Under the pieces are notes generated by a model, which worked only from the letters and a program-made list of their open reading frames with translations, did no database searches and was not told the DNA's origin. Shown in pieces: positions 20,113-30,037 of a DNA stretch of 32,000 nt; within the stretch, counting starts at the first letter, position 1, and each line of letters begins with the position of its first letter. The DNA lies in contig NC_008340.1 of the NCBI RefSeq assembly GCF_000014785.1, positions 2,250,001 through 2,282,000 of the forward strand, written 5' to 3'. The stretch comes from Alkalilimnicola ehrlichii MLHE-1 (GTDB lineage: Bacteria; Pseudomonadota; Gammaproteobacteria; Nitrococcales; Halorhodospiraceae). The translations under genes were made by a program, and so were the position numbers.

Positions 20113-22287
20113 TCAGCTCTTGGCCGGCGCAGGCTCTGGTTGCCTCACATCCGGGCTGCTGACCGCATCCTCGTCGTAGAGGATCTCGATCTCCTTCTTC
20201 GGCACGGTGCTCATCTCCATCTTGTAGCAAAGGAACCACATCATGAACACGCCGAACAGCCAGCACAGGATCTGGTAGACGTAGATGGACGGGAAGCCGA
20301 ACACCCACCAGGTCGACGGATCACTCGGGTTACCGAACAGGTAGGTCCCGATGATGTTGCCCGGGCCGATGGCGAAGATGTAGTACACCGCAACGATGCC
20401 CCAGGCCACCGGGATGAGCCGGCGCTTATCCTGCGGCACCCCGGCGTGCTCCCGCAGCCACTTGTGGAACGTCTCCTTGTGTTCCATCTCGCGGGCATCC
20501 TGGGTGAACGCCGACACCGCAATGGCCACACCCATGTTCAGCACAATACCCCAACCACCGGAGTGGATGGTGAGCGGCCAACGGCCCCAGGGCAGATCCA
20601 GCCCCAGCGTGCTGGCCAGTGCCAGGCCCATGTTATCGGTGAACAGCACGGCCAGGATACCGACGATCAGGCCAGCCACCACGCCCTGCCGGGTCAGCCA
20701 CGACCAGTAGCAGACCGCGATCAGCGGCACCCACATCTGCAGGCCCAGTGCCACCGCGGTACCGCCCAGCAACACCAAGGCGTCCGTGGTGAAGGTCGCC
20801 ACCATCAACGCCGCAAACACCAGGATGACCACGACGATGCGACCCACTTGCTTCTGAACGTTGTGACTGACATTGGGGTTGATGAACCGCCGGAGCACAT
20901 CGCGGGTATAGATCCCGGATGTCGTGGACATGTAGGCCGCACCCGTGGACTGGAACGCACCCAGCGCACAAACCGCCAGCAGACCCACAAACCAGGGGGC
21001 CACCCCCTCCAACAGGCCCATCAGCTGCGGCACCAGGCCGGTGTCACCACCACCCTCGCGGCGCAGGTCCACCCAACCGGCCACTTCACGCGGGTCCTCC
21101 CCGGCACGCAGGGCCACCAGACCGTCATCGATCATCTGGTTGACCTCGCCGCGGCTCAACTCCGGGTTGAAGGTCGCGATCAGGCCACGCTGCAGCACCA
21201 CATCCTCCCGGCTGTCGTACAGATCCCGGTACTGCCCCAGGGTCTCCTCATAGGCCGGGTTGTGGACGTCGCGGGCCAGGTCCGTGTTGGCCCCCAGGCC
21301 GTGACCGGCCATGGCCTGCACCGCCAGCAGCACCACGATCACCGCACCGGAGATCAGGGCCGAGGCCCAGGTCTGCTGCGGGGCGAACGGCCGCGGGTCC
21401 TTGTTGGAGAAGGCCCACATGGTGAAGGAGGGCGAGGCCATGATGCCGGCCATGCTCATCATGTAGCTGAGCACCATCACCGAGGTCCAGGCACCACCGG
21501 TCGCATCCCCGACGTTGCTGACCCACTGGATCACCCCGGGTGTCGCCACGTAGCCGCTGTGCCCAGCCGGCGTAAGCCCCGGTCGACCAGCCTCCTGCCC
21601 ACCGGTGATCAGGTCCCACTGGCTCGCCGCGGCGATCGCCCGTGACAGCTCGCCGATGGAGCCCATGTAGTTGATGGCCACGAAGCTGATCGCGGTCATG
21701 CCGAACAGCAGCAGGACACACTGCATGGCGTCCACGTAGGCCACCGCCCGAAGACCGCCGGAGGCGACGTAGAACAACACGATGGCAGAGAGCGCCCACA
21801 TCCCCACGTTGGTGCCCAGGGCACCGTCAGTGAGGATGTTGAACAGGAACCCGGAGGCCCGCAGTTGGATACCCAGATAGGGAATCGCGAAGATGGTGGC
21901 GACGATGACCACCAGCCAAATGATGGCATTGCTGCGGAAGTAGGTCCCGTACATCTCTCCCGGCGTGACGAACCCCCAGCGGCGCCCGATCATCCACTGC
22001 CGCTTGAGGAACAACATACCGGAGATGGGGATGCCGATGGCGTACAGCCCAATGAAACCGTACTGCAGCCCGGTCATGTAAAGCAGGCCGGGGTGACCGA
22101 CAAAGGTCCACCCCGACCAGGATGTGGCGGTGGCTGCGAGTATGAACACCCACATGGGCACCGACCGCCCGGAAATGAAATAATCACTGGCGGTTTTCGT
22201 CGCCAGGGCACCCTTGATGCCCCAGAAGATACAGTACCCCCAATAGAGGCCGACGAAAACCAAAAGCCATATGGCCTTGGGTTCCAT
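20113..22287 (-). CDS. Sodium:solute symporter family (SSS) transporter
   Basis: 724 aa with many TM segments: YWGYCIFWGIKGALATKTASDYFISGRSVPMWVFILAATATSWSGWTFVGHPGLLYMTGLQYGF, LGIQLRASGFLFNIL, VYVDAMQC-type region. SSS fold signature. Confidence 0.92.
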   Translation of the reverse strand: MEPKAIWLLVFVGLYWGYCIFWGIKGALATKTASDYFISGRSVPMWVFILAATATSWSGWTFVGHPGLLYMTGLQYGFIGLYAIGIPISGMLFLKRQWMIGRRWGFVTPGEMYGTYFRSNAIIWLVVIVATIFAIPYLGIQLRASGFLFNILTDGALGTNVGMWALSAIVLFYVASGGLRAVAYVDAMQCVLLLFGMTAISFVAINYMGSIGELSRAIAAASQWDLITGGQEAGRPGLTPAGHSGYVATPGVIQWVSNVGDATGGAWTSVMVLSYMMSMAGIMASPSFTMWAFSNKDPRPFAPQQTWASALISGAVIVVLLAVQAMAGHGLGANTDLARDVHNPAYEETLGQYRDLYDSREDVVLQRGLIATFNPELSRGEVNQMIDDGLVALRAGEDPREVAGWVDLRREGGGDTGLVPQLMGLLEGVAPWFVGLLAVCALGAFQSTGAAYMSTTSGIYTRDVLRRFINPNVSHNVQKQVGRIVVVILVFAALMVATFTTDALVLLGGTAVALGLQMWVPLIAVCYWSWLTRQGVVAGLIVGILAVLFTDNMGLALASTLGLDLPWGRWPLTIHSGGWGIVLNMGVAIAVSAFTQDAREMEHKETFHKWLREHAGVPQDKRRLIPVAWGIVAVYYIFAIGPGNIIGTYLFGNPSDPSTWWVFGFPSIYVYQILCWLFGVFMMWFLCYKMEMSTVPKKEIEILYDEDAVSSPDVRQPEPAPAKS

Positions 22288-22511
22288 TACTTCTCCCCTC
22301 CATCATATATTCAACTTATTTATACTGCAGAGCAGCACTGTCCCGAACTCGAAATGACGAGAAAACCGGTTCCAGCCCACTCTGCTCCGGATTCTAGTCT
22401 AGCGAATGGAGTTTTCCAACATCCTGTTTTTGCGTAGATTTTTTACTTTTTTGCGACTTCACTCCACTTTATTAGCACCACTCCAAAAAAACTTTAACGA
22501 TCCTCTAAACG

Positions 22512-22546
22512 AAGGGGAAAAATACCCGAGGACCCCTTATTTTTTG
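22512..22546 (+). terminator. Possible weak hairpin plus T-tract in the leader of the nucleotidyltransferase operon
   Basis: AAGGGG-AAAAATACCCGAGGA-CCCCTT-ATTTTTTG; 6-bp arms, 15-nt loop, T6. Confidence 0.25.
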
Positions 22547-22691
22547 CCCACACAAAAAGAAAAAAAGGGGATTAAACACTTGGGCCACAGGCACTTTTTT
22601 GTCAGTCTACATTCATCGCGAAAGCGGCTATCTTTGACGGCACACCACGATGGATCCCGATCCTTAAGCAGATCCAGAGGACTGACATCAC

Positions 22692-24560
22692 ATGGAGATC
22701 GAACGCCTGGCCTCGGCAGAGGCCTTCGGTGCCGTGGACAACGAAGCCTTGGGCGCCCTGCTGGCTCACGGCACCGAACACCGCCTAGAGGATGACGAGG
22801 TCATCTTCCGCATCGGGGAGCCGGATAAGAATATCCTGTACATTGTCTACGACGGTCGCGTCACCCTGACCGGCACCGACGGGAGTAGCACCCTGTACGA
22901 GGCCGTGGCGCTGCTCGGTCTCTCCAGCTACTTCGACGACGAGCCCTACTCCCTGACCGCCCGGGCCGCGGGGCCCTGCCAGCTCATCGAGGTACCGTTC
23001 AGCGCTGTACGGTGCCTGGAGCGGGAGCACCCTGCCCTCGCCGACGCCTTGAGTCACATCATTGCCGACCGCATCCGCGCCGGGACCGCCCAGTGGCGCA
23101 CCGGGGCGGTGGGCGCCCTTTCACAGCCCGTCCGCTGGGCCATGACCGCGCCCCTGGTCTGCCTGCCAGGTGGCGCCAGCCTGACTGAGGCGTACCAGCT
23201 CATGGCCGCCCGCGGCATCGGCAGCCTGGGGGTGGTGGACGGGCAGGACCGGCTGATCGGGCTGGCCACCATCAAATCCCTCGCCCACCGGCTGCTCATC
23301 GAACGCCAGAGCCCGGATGCGCAGCTGTCCACCGCCGCCATGCCGGCCAGGCGCATTTCGCCGGATGCCGCCCTGTGGCAGGCGGAGGAGATCCAGGCAC
23401 GGGAGGCGCTGAAGTACCTGGTGGTGGCGGAAAACGACCGCCCCCTGGGCATGCTCTCGCAGAGCAACCTCATCGAGACCATCCGCGCCCACCAGACCCT
23501 GTTGCGTGACCGGGTGGAGCGTACGGGCACCCTGGCCGACCTGCAGGCCCTCGCCGCCGAGTTACCCAGCGTCGCCCGCCAGGCGCGTGAGGCCAACCGC
23601 GAGGCCAGCCGGGCGGTAACCCAGCTCAGTGAATTCCACCTGCAGCTCCAGCGACGCTGCGTCGAGATACTCCTCACGGAGTTGGCATCGGAAGGTCTCG
23701 GCCCCCCGCCCCGGCGCTATGCCCTGCTGGTCATGGGATCGCTGGCCCGGCGGGAGTCGCTGCTCAATCCGGATCAGGACAACGCCCTGATCATCGCCGA
23801 TAACCGGCCTGGCGAGACGGAGCCGAGCCCCCTCGACGACCGCGAGCGGCGTTGGTTCGACACCTTTGCTGATCGCCTGAATCACCGGCTGGACGCCCTG
23901 GGCTACGACTGGTGCCAGGGTCACATCATGGCCCGCACGCCGGTATGGCACCGTCAACTAGGTCAGTGGCGGCAATGGGTCATGACGGCGACACGACACC
24001 CGAACGGAGACCGGGCCCGCTGGGCCAATATCTTCCTGGACTTTGAACTGCTGCAGGGCGATGCCGGCCTGGTGGATGCGCTCTGGCGGGCGGTTCTGGA
24101 GGCCTTTGCGCAGCACCGAAAGCTGCTGCGGTTCATGGCCGCCGACGATGCCGAGGGCACACCGGCGCTCGGGCTGTTCAACCGGTTGGTCACCTCCGAG
24201 CGCGAAGAGGCCCGGGGTCGGGTCGATATCAAACGCAACGGCATGCGCATCCTGGCCAATGGCTGCCGCATTTACGCCCTTGGCCACCAGGTGCGGGCGA
24301 CCGGCACCCTGGCCCGCTTGCAGGCCCTGCGCCACCAAGGCGTGCTCACGCCGGACAAGGTGGATTCGTTGGTGGCCGCCCAGGAGGCCCTGCTGGGCCT
24401 GCTACTGGACCACCAGCTTCGGCAGTGGGGCGAGGGCCGGCGCCCGGACAAGTACATCGCCCCGGACGCGCTGGACGAGATGCAGCGCCAGGCGTTGGTC
24501 ACCAGCCTGCGCGCCATTCGCCGGTTCCAGGACCGGGTGCAAGGCGTCTTCGGCCTTTAG
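22692..24560 (+). CDS. cNMP-binding / CBS-pair / DUF294-type nucleotidyltransferase
   Basis: N-terminal cyclic-nucleotide-binding-like fold (LEDDEVIFRIGEPDKNILYIVYDGRVTLT), CBS pair (GIGSLGVVDGQDRLIGLAT, ALKYLVVAENDRPLGMLSQSNLI), NTase motif VMGSLARRESLLNPDQDNALI, DUF294 C-terminal region. Confidence 0.9.
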   Translation: MEIERLASAEAFGAVDNEALGALLAHGTEHRLEDDEVIFRIGEPDKNILYIVYDGRVTLTGTDGSSTLYEAVALLGLSSYFDDEPYSLTARAAGPCQLIEVPFSAVRCLEREHPALADALSHIIADRIRAGTAQWRTGAVGALSQPVRWAMTAPLVCLPGGASLTEAYQLMAARGIGSLGVVDGQDRLIGLATIKSLAHRLLIERQSPDAQLSTAAMPARRISPDAALWQAEEIQAREALKYLVVAENDRPLGMLSQSNLIETIRAHQTLLRDRVERTGTLADLQALAAELPSVARQAREANREASRAVTQLSEFHLQLQRRCVEILLTELASEGLGPPPRRYALLVMGSLARRESLLNPDQDNALIIADNRPGETEPSPLDDRERRWFDTFADRLNHRLDALGYDWCQGHIMARTPVWHRQLGQWRQWVMTATRHPNGDRARWANIFLDFELLQGDAGLVDALWRAVLEAFAQHRKLLRFMAADDAEGTPALGLFNRLVTSEREEARGRVDIKRNGMRILANGCRIYALGHQVRATGTLARLQALRHQGVLTPDKVDSLVAAQEALLGLLLDHQLRQWGEGRRPDKYIAPDALDEMQRQALVTSLRAIRRFQDRVQGVFGL

Positions 24561-24574
24561 CGGGGTGCTGACTG

Positions 24575-25702
24575 ATGCCTGACGTGACCCAGTCGCCCCG
24601 GAACGGAGACCACCGGTGCGCCCCGGAGCCCGAGCGTCAGCTGATCGCGGTTCGGCTGGAGGCGGCCCGCCGGCCGCGGGGGGCGGGGGACCCAACGCAG
24701 ATCACCGCGGCACAGCAGCGGCTGGTGGCACAGCTCCGGGCCCGGGGCCTGCCCGCGGGTCGCATACAGCGCCGGCTTACCACCCTGAACAATACAGTCA
24801 TCCGCCGGCTCGCCCGACAGGCGGTGGCCGTGGCGCTCCGGCGTGGCGCCGGACCGCCGCCGGTGCGCTTCTGTCTGCTGGTGATGGGCTCAGGCGCCCG
24901 TGACGAGCACTTCCTGGGGCCGGACCAGGACCATGGCATGGTCCTGGCGGACTACCCCGACCGGGATCATGACGCGGTCGATGCCTGGTTCCGCTGCTAC
25001 AGCAGCCACCTGGTGGAGCGCCTGGAGGCCGCCGGCTTTCCCCGTGATACCGGCGACGTCATGTGCACCAACCCGCTCTGGCGCAAAACGCTGGGGCAGT
25101 GGACGCAGCAGATCACCACCTGGGCGCGGCGGGCCGATACCGTCAGCCTCTGCCTCGCCGACGTACTGCTGGACTGCCGCCCCCTGTTTGGGGCCCCGGC
25201 GCTGGCCCGCGCCCTGCGCACAGCGCTGACCCGGCAATTGGCCACAGCAGCGTTCCTGAAGGCCACGGTCATGGCCCATGGCGACCGCGGTGTCGGACTG
25301 GGGTGGTTCAACCGCTTTGTCACTATGGGCCGGTCCGATCCCCACCGGGGCTGCATCAACCTCAAGCACACGGCCCTGCTCCCCTTCATCACCGCCGCAC
25401 GGCAGTTGGCCCTTTACCACCGTGTCCCGGCGCTCAGCACCCGGGGGCGCTTACGGGGCCTCCACCGTCGGGGGGCGCTCACCGAGGCCGACCACCAAGC
25501 CCTGCAGACAGCCATGGACACCCTGGCGGACCAAGTCCTGCGCCACCAGCTCCGGCAACTGCACGAAGGGCAGACAGCGGACTATTTCCTCGACCCGACG
25601 GCCCTGCCGGCGGAGGAGCGGCAAGCCTTGAAAGAGGCCCTGAAGCGAATTCGCCGCTTGCGCGACCAGGCGCGCAATGACATCACCGGACAGATCTTCT
25701 GA
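24575..25702 (+). CDS. Second DUF294-type nucleotidyltransferase paralog without recognisable cNMP/CBS domains
   Basis: VMGSGARDEHFLGPDQDHGMVLADYPD and a DUF294-like C-terminus (VLRHQLRQLHEGQTADYFLDPTALPAEERQALKEALKRIRRLRDQ) matching the upstream protein's C-terminus. Confidence 0.85.
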   Translation: MPDVTQSPRNGDHRCAPEPERQLIAVRLEAARRPRGAGDPTQITAAQQRLVAQLRARGLPAGRIQRRLTTLNNTVIRRLARQAVAVALRRGAGPPPVRFCLLVMGSGARDEHFLGPDQDHGMVLADYPDRDHDAVDAWFRCYSSHLVERLEAAGFPRDTGDVMCTNPLWRKTLGQWTQQITTWARRADTVSLCLADVLLDCRPLFGAPALARALRTALTRQLATAAFLKATVMAHGDRGVGLGWFNRFVTMGRSDPHRGCINLKHTALLPFITAARQLALYHRVPALSTRGRLRGLHRRGALTEADHQALQTAMDTLADQVLRHQLRQLHEGQTADYFLDPTALPAEERQALKEALKRIRRLRDQARNDITGQIF

Positions 25703-25717
25703 GGAGGCACGAAGACC

Positions 25718-27907
25718 ATGTCTGTCTCTGATCATAGTGAACACTGGGTGGAGCGGATCAGCCGGGGTCTGCTCGGCCGGCACGCCACGCCTACCGGCCA
25801 CACCAGCCGCCGACTGCTGTTCTGGGCGCCGGCAATGGGGCTGGCTGTTCTGCTGACAGGGCTGTTGCTCGGCCTCGCCTATCTCTCCCTCTCCGCGCTG
25901 CCCGCCGGCGCCGACCCAACACCGCTGGTGGTCGCCTTCGGCGCTGCGGGGCTGCTCCTGCTGGCGGCGATCACGGCCATCTGGCTGTTGCTGGATGCCA
26001 CCGTGCTGCGCTCCCTGTCCGCGCTGGCCCGCGATGCGGCCATACTGGCCTACACCAACCCCGATCACCGGCTTCAGCTGCCGTCGGTGCACCTGCTCGG
26101 CGAGTTGCCCGGGACGCTGCGCAACCTCGCCCGCCAGTTGCAGGTCCGGCGCCGGGAGGTAGAGGCCGCCGCGGCCACGGCCGCCGAACAGGCCGAGGCG
26201 CAGAAGGCGCGGCTGGAGGTGGTGCTGCGCGCCATCCGGCAGGGGGTCGTGGTCTGTGATGCCGACGGACGGATCCTGCTCTACAACCCCGCCGCCGGTG
26301 AGCTGCTCCACAGCGACGCCCTGGGGCTTGGCCGCTCCATCCATGAACTGTTGAACCCAGCCGCCGTTGAGCACCCCCGACAACTGCTGCAACACCGACT
26401 GCGCCAGGATTCGGACGACCCGGTCATGGACGAGGGGGTGGAGTTCGTCTGTACCACGGTCGATGACGGCGCCCTGCTCCGCTGCCAGATGAGTCTGCTG
26501 CCGACCCACGGCCCGCTGCGCTCGGCCTTCGTCATCACCCTGGAGGACATCACCCGCCGGATCGAAGGCGTGGCCCGCCGTGACCAAGCCCTGCGCAGCG
26601 CCGTGGAGGCCCTGCGCTCGCCCCTGGCCGCGGTGTCGGTGGCGGCGGAGCTGCTCAACGAGTACCCGCAGATCGACGATGCCCGCCGACGCCGGTTCAT
26701 CGACATCCTGGCCAAAGAGAGCCACGTGCTGGTCCAGCGCTTCGAACAAATCGCGGAGGCCACTCAGGAGAACGTCTCCGCCCCCTGGACCATGGCCGAT
26801 ATCAGCAGCGACGATTTGGTGGACAGCGTGTTGCTGCGCCACCGCGACACCCTGCCCCGCGTGGCGCTGGCTGGCCTGCCCCTATGGCTCCATGCGGAGA
26901 GCCACGCCATCGGACTCGTGCTCACCCATCTGTTGCACCGTCTGGGACGGGACCACGGCGTCCTGGCCGTGCGCATCGAGGCGCTGATGGGCAACCGCCG
27001 GGTGTACCTGGACATCTCCTGGGCGGGCGAGCCGGTGCCGGGCCCCACCCTAGAGCAGTGGCTTGAGACCCCGTTGCCGGAGGCCATAGGGGAATTGAAC
27101 GCCCGCGCCGTGCTCGAGCGGCACAACAGCCTGGCCTGGAGTCAACGGGACCGGCGAACGCCGGGGTGGGCGTGCCTGCGCATCCCGTTGCCTGCCTCCA
27201 GCCGGCAATGGAACCCGCCCGGGGAGAGCCTCCCCCCGCGCCCGGAATTCTATGACTTCTCTCTCATCGACCAGGCCGCGGACCAGGGCGCTCTCCTCGA
27301 CCGGCCCCTGGACGCGTTGAACTACGTGGTGTTCGACACCGAGACCACCGGCCTGTCTCCAGCGGAGGGTGACGAGATCGTCTCCATCGCCGGGGTGCGA
27401 ATGGTCAATGGCCGCCTCCTGGACGGCGAGCGCTTCGAGCAACTGGTCAACCCCGGCCGGACCATCCCCCGCAGCTCGATCCTGTTCCACGGCATTCACG
27501 ATACGACGGTCGCGGATAAGCCCCGCATCGAAACGGTACTGCCGCGATTCCACACCTTCGTCGGCGACTCAGTGCTGGTCGCCCACAACGCCGCCTTCGA
27601 CATGAAGTTCATCCGACTGAAGGAGCGGCGCTGCGGCGTGCGCTTCGACAACCCGGTTCTGGACACGCTGCTGCTCTCGGTCTTTCTCCACGACCACACC
27701 GCGGACCACACCCTCGAGGCCATCGCCGCTCGGCTTGGGGTGGAGGTGACCGCGCAGCACACCGCCTGGGGCGATGCCCTGGTCACGGCACGGGTCTTCG
27801 CCTGCCTGTTACCGCTACTGCGCGAACGGGGGGTCCACACGCTAAGGGACGCGGTGGCGGCATCAGAGCGGATGGTGGAGGTACGCCGGCAACAGGCGCA
27901 GTTCTGA
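25718..27907 (+). CDS. Membrane PAS / degenerate histidine-kinase protein fused to a C-terminal DEDDh 3'-5' exonuclease
   Basis: Two N-terminal TMs; PAS-like [32 protein letters not shown]; DHp-like [23 protein letters not shown]; exonuclease [52 protein letters not shown]. Confidence 0.9.
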   Translation: MSVSDHSEHWVERISRGLLGRHATPTGHTSRRLLFWAPAMGLAVLLTGLLLGLAYLSLSALPAGADPTPLVVAFGAAGLLLLAAITAIWLLLDATVLRSLSALARDAAILAYTNPDHRLQLPSVHLLGELPGTLRNLARQLQVRRREVEAAAATAAEQAEAQKARLEVVLRAIRQGVVVCDADGRILLYNPAAGELLHSDALGLGRSIHELLNPAAVEHPRQLLQHRLRQDSDDPVMDEGVEFVCTTVDDGALLRCQMSLLPTHGPLRSAFVITLEDITRRIEGVARRDQALRSAVEALRSPLAAVSVAAELLNEYPQIDDARRRRFIDILAKESHVLVQRFEQIAEATQENVSAPWTMADISSDDLVDSVLLRHRDTLPRVALAGLPLWLHAESHAIGLVLTHLLHRLGRDHGVLAVRIEALMGNRRVYLDISWAGEPVPGPTLEQWLETPLPEAIGELNARAVLERHNSLAWSQRDRRTPGWACLRIPLPASSRQWNPPGESLPPRPEFYDFSLIDQAADQGALLDRPLDALNYVVFDTETTGLSPAEGDEIVSIAGVRMVNGRLLDGERFEQLVNPGRTIPRSSILFHGIHDTTVADKPRIETVLPRFHTFVGDSVLVAHNAAFDMKFIRLKERRCGVRFDNPVLDTLLLSVFLHDHTADHTLEAIAARLGVEVTAQHTAWGDALVTARVFACLLPLLRERGVHTLRDAVAASERMVEVRRQQAQF

Positions 27908-27927
27908 AAGGAGGCGGGGGGCAAGCC

Positions 27928-27956
27928 GGTGCGGGGCGACCCATGCGCCCCGCACC
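27928..27956. terminator. Strong hairpin between convergent exonuclease-fusion and htpG genes
   Basis: GGTGCGGGGCG (27928-27938) - ACCCATG - CGCCCCGCACC (27946-27956): perfect 11-bp arms, 7-nt loop, no T-tract. Confidence 0.5.
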
Positions 27957-27973
27957 CCGGTGTTGCTGACGGA

Positions 27974-29932
27974 TCAGTCCCCGCGGGCGGCGTTGCTCTT
28001 TGCTTCGCCGGCCCGGGCCTGCTCGGTGAGCAGGGCGTTGACCCGCTTGACGAAGGCGGCCGGGTCCTCCAGCTGCCCGCCCTCGGTGAGCAGGGCCTGG
28101 TCGTAGAGCACCGCCGCCCAATCGCTGAAGCGGGCATCGTCCAGCCCCGTGTCCATGCGCTGAACGATGGGGTGGTCGATGTTGATCTCCAGCGCCGGCT
28201 TGCCCTGGGGCATAGCGTGGCCGGCGGCCTTGAGCAACCGCTGCATGCCCATGCCGAAGTCGTACTCGCCCACCACCAGGCAGGCCGGGGAGTCGGTCAG
28301 GCGGGTGGAGACCCGCACCTCGCTCACCTTGTCCTCCAGCGCGCCCTTGAGCTTCTCCAGCAGGTCCTTGTGGCTTTCGGTGGCCTCTTCCGCGGCCTTC
28401 TTCTCCGCCTGGTCCTCCAGCTCGCCCAGGTCCAGGCCGCCCTTGGCCACCGACTTCAGCGGCTTGCCGTCGTATTCATTCAGGTGGGTGATGACCCACT
28501 CGTCCACCGGGTCGGGCAGCAGCAGCACTTCGACCCCCTTCTTGCGGAACACCTCCAGGTGGGGACTGTTGCGGGCGGCGTTGAAGCTCTCGGCGGTGAC
28601 GTAGTAGATGGCCTCCTGGCCCTCTTTCATACGGGCGATGTAGTCGTCCAGGCTGACATCCGGCGTCTCATTCTCGTCTTGGGTGGTGGAGAAGCGCAGC
28701 AGCTTGGCGATGCGCTCGCGGTTGGCGAAGTCCTCGGCCACGCCCTCCTTCAGCACCTTGCCGAAGTTGCCGTAGAACTCGGCGTACTGCTCCGGCTCGT
28801 TCTTGGCCATCTTCTCCAGGCGGTCGAGAATGCGCTTGACCGAGGCGCTGCGGATCTTGTCCAGGAGCGGGTTGTGCTGGAGCAGCTCGCGGGAGACGTT
28901 GAGCGGCAGGTCGTCGGAGTCCACCAGGCCACGCACGAAGCGCAGGTAGCGCGGCATCAGCTTCTCGGTGTCCTCCATGATGAAGACCCGGCGCACGTAG
29001 AGCTTGATGCCGTGGGCCGGCTCCCGCTCGTAGAGGTCGAAGGGCGGGTTCTTCGGAATGTAGAGCAGCGAGGTGTAGGACTGGCGCCCCTCCACGTGGT
29101 TGTGCAGCCAGACCATGGGGTCGTCGAAGTCGTGGGCCACGTGCTTGTAGAAGGCCTTGTAGTCGTCGTCGCTGATCTCCGACTTGGGGCGCATCCACAG
29201 GGCGTTGGTGTTGTTCACCGTCTCCCAGGTCTCGGCGGCTTCCGCCTTTTCGGCCTCATCTTCCGGCTCGTCCTTGTCCTCGGCCTGGGCCGGCATCTGG
29301 ATGGGCACGTCGATGTGGTCAGAGTAGCGGCGGATGATGCCCTTCAGCCGCCAGTCGTCCAGGTATTCGCTCTGGGATTCGGGCAGGGTCAGCACCACCC
29401 GGGTGCCGCGCTCCGCCACTTCCTCGTTCTCCAGGGTGTAGGCGCCCTTGCCGTCGGAGGACCAGCGCACCCCGTGCTCGGCGCCCAGGCCGGCCTTGCG
29501 GGTATGCACGGTGACGTGCTCGGCCACCACGAAGGCCGAGTAGAAGCCCACGCCGAACTGGCCGATCAGCTTGGCGTCCTTTTGCTGGTCGCCGGTGAGC
29601 TGATCCAGGAAGGCCTTGGTGCCGGAGCGGGCAATGGTACCCAGGTTCTCCGCCACCTCGTCGCGGGTCATGCCGATGCCGTTGTCGGCCACGGTGATGG
29701 TGCGGGCGTCCTTGTCCACGGAGACGCGGATACGCAGGTCGCCCTCGCCCTCGAGCAGGGATTCATCCTGCAGGGACTGGAAGCGGAGCTTGTCGATGGC
29801 GTCCGAGGCGTTGGAGATCAGCTCGCGGAGGAAGATGTCCTTGTTGGAGTAGAGCGAGTGGATCATCAGGTGCAGGAGCTGCTGCACCTCGGCCTGGAAC
29901 TCCAGGGTTTCCTTGTGTGCGTCTGTCGCCAT
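27974..29932 (-). CDS. htpG: Chaperone protein HtpG (Hsp90)
   Basis: [95 protein letters not shown] Shine-Dalgarno. Confidence 0.98.
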   Translation of the reverse strand: MATDAHKETLEFQAEVQQLLHLMIHSLYSNKDIFLRELISNASDAIDKLRFQSLQDESLLEGEGDLRIRVSVDKDARTITVADNGIGMTRDEVAENLGTIARSGTKAFLDQLTGDQQKDAKLIGQFGVGFYSAFVVAEHVTVHTRKAGLGAEHGVRWSSDGKGAYTLENEEVAERGTRVVLTLPESQSEYLDDWRLKGIIRRYSDHIDVPIQMPAQAEDKDEPEDEAEKAEAAETWETVNNTNALWMRPKSEISDDDYKAFYKHVAHDFDDPMVWLHNHVEGRQSYTSLLYIPKNPPFDLYEREPAHGIKLYVRRVFIMEDTEKLMPRYLRFVRGLVDSDDLPLNVSRELLQHNPLLDKIRSASVKRILDRLEKMAKNEPEQYAEFYGNFGKVLKEGVAEDFANRERIAKLLRFSTTQDENETPDVSLDDYIARMKEGQEAIYYVTAESFNAARNSPHLEVFRKKGVEVLLLPDPVDEWVITHLNEYDGKPLKSVAKGGLDLGELEDQAEKKAAEEATESHKDLLEKLKGALEDKVSEVRVSTRLTDSPACLVVGEYDFGMGMQRLLKAAGHAMPQGKPALEINIDHPIVQRMDTGLDDARFSDWAAVLYDQALLTEGGQLEDPAAFVKRVNALLTEQARAGEAKSNAARGD

Positions 29933-30008
29933 GGGCTCCCTCTTTTCCCAAGTCTTGGTGGCAATAATGTCTGCTCATACGTGGGCAGGCATCGTCGGAT
30001 GCAACTCG

Positions 30009-30037
30009 GGATGGGGGCGACCGAAGCGTTTTTCAAG
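30009..30037 (-). promoter_or_regulatory. Sigma-32 (heat-shock) promoter of htpG
   Basis: Minus strand CTTGAAA (30031-30037), 14-nt spacer, CCCCATCC (30009-30016). Close to consensus CTTGAAA-N13-15-CCCCATNT, about 80 nt upstream of the htpG ATG. Confidence 0.7.

Noticed and set aside
20041-21645. 534-aa plus-strand ORF opposite the symporter
   Set aside because: Shadow frame of the SSS transporter; low-complexity H/G/Q/P-rich translation with no domain.
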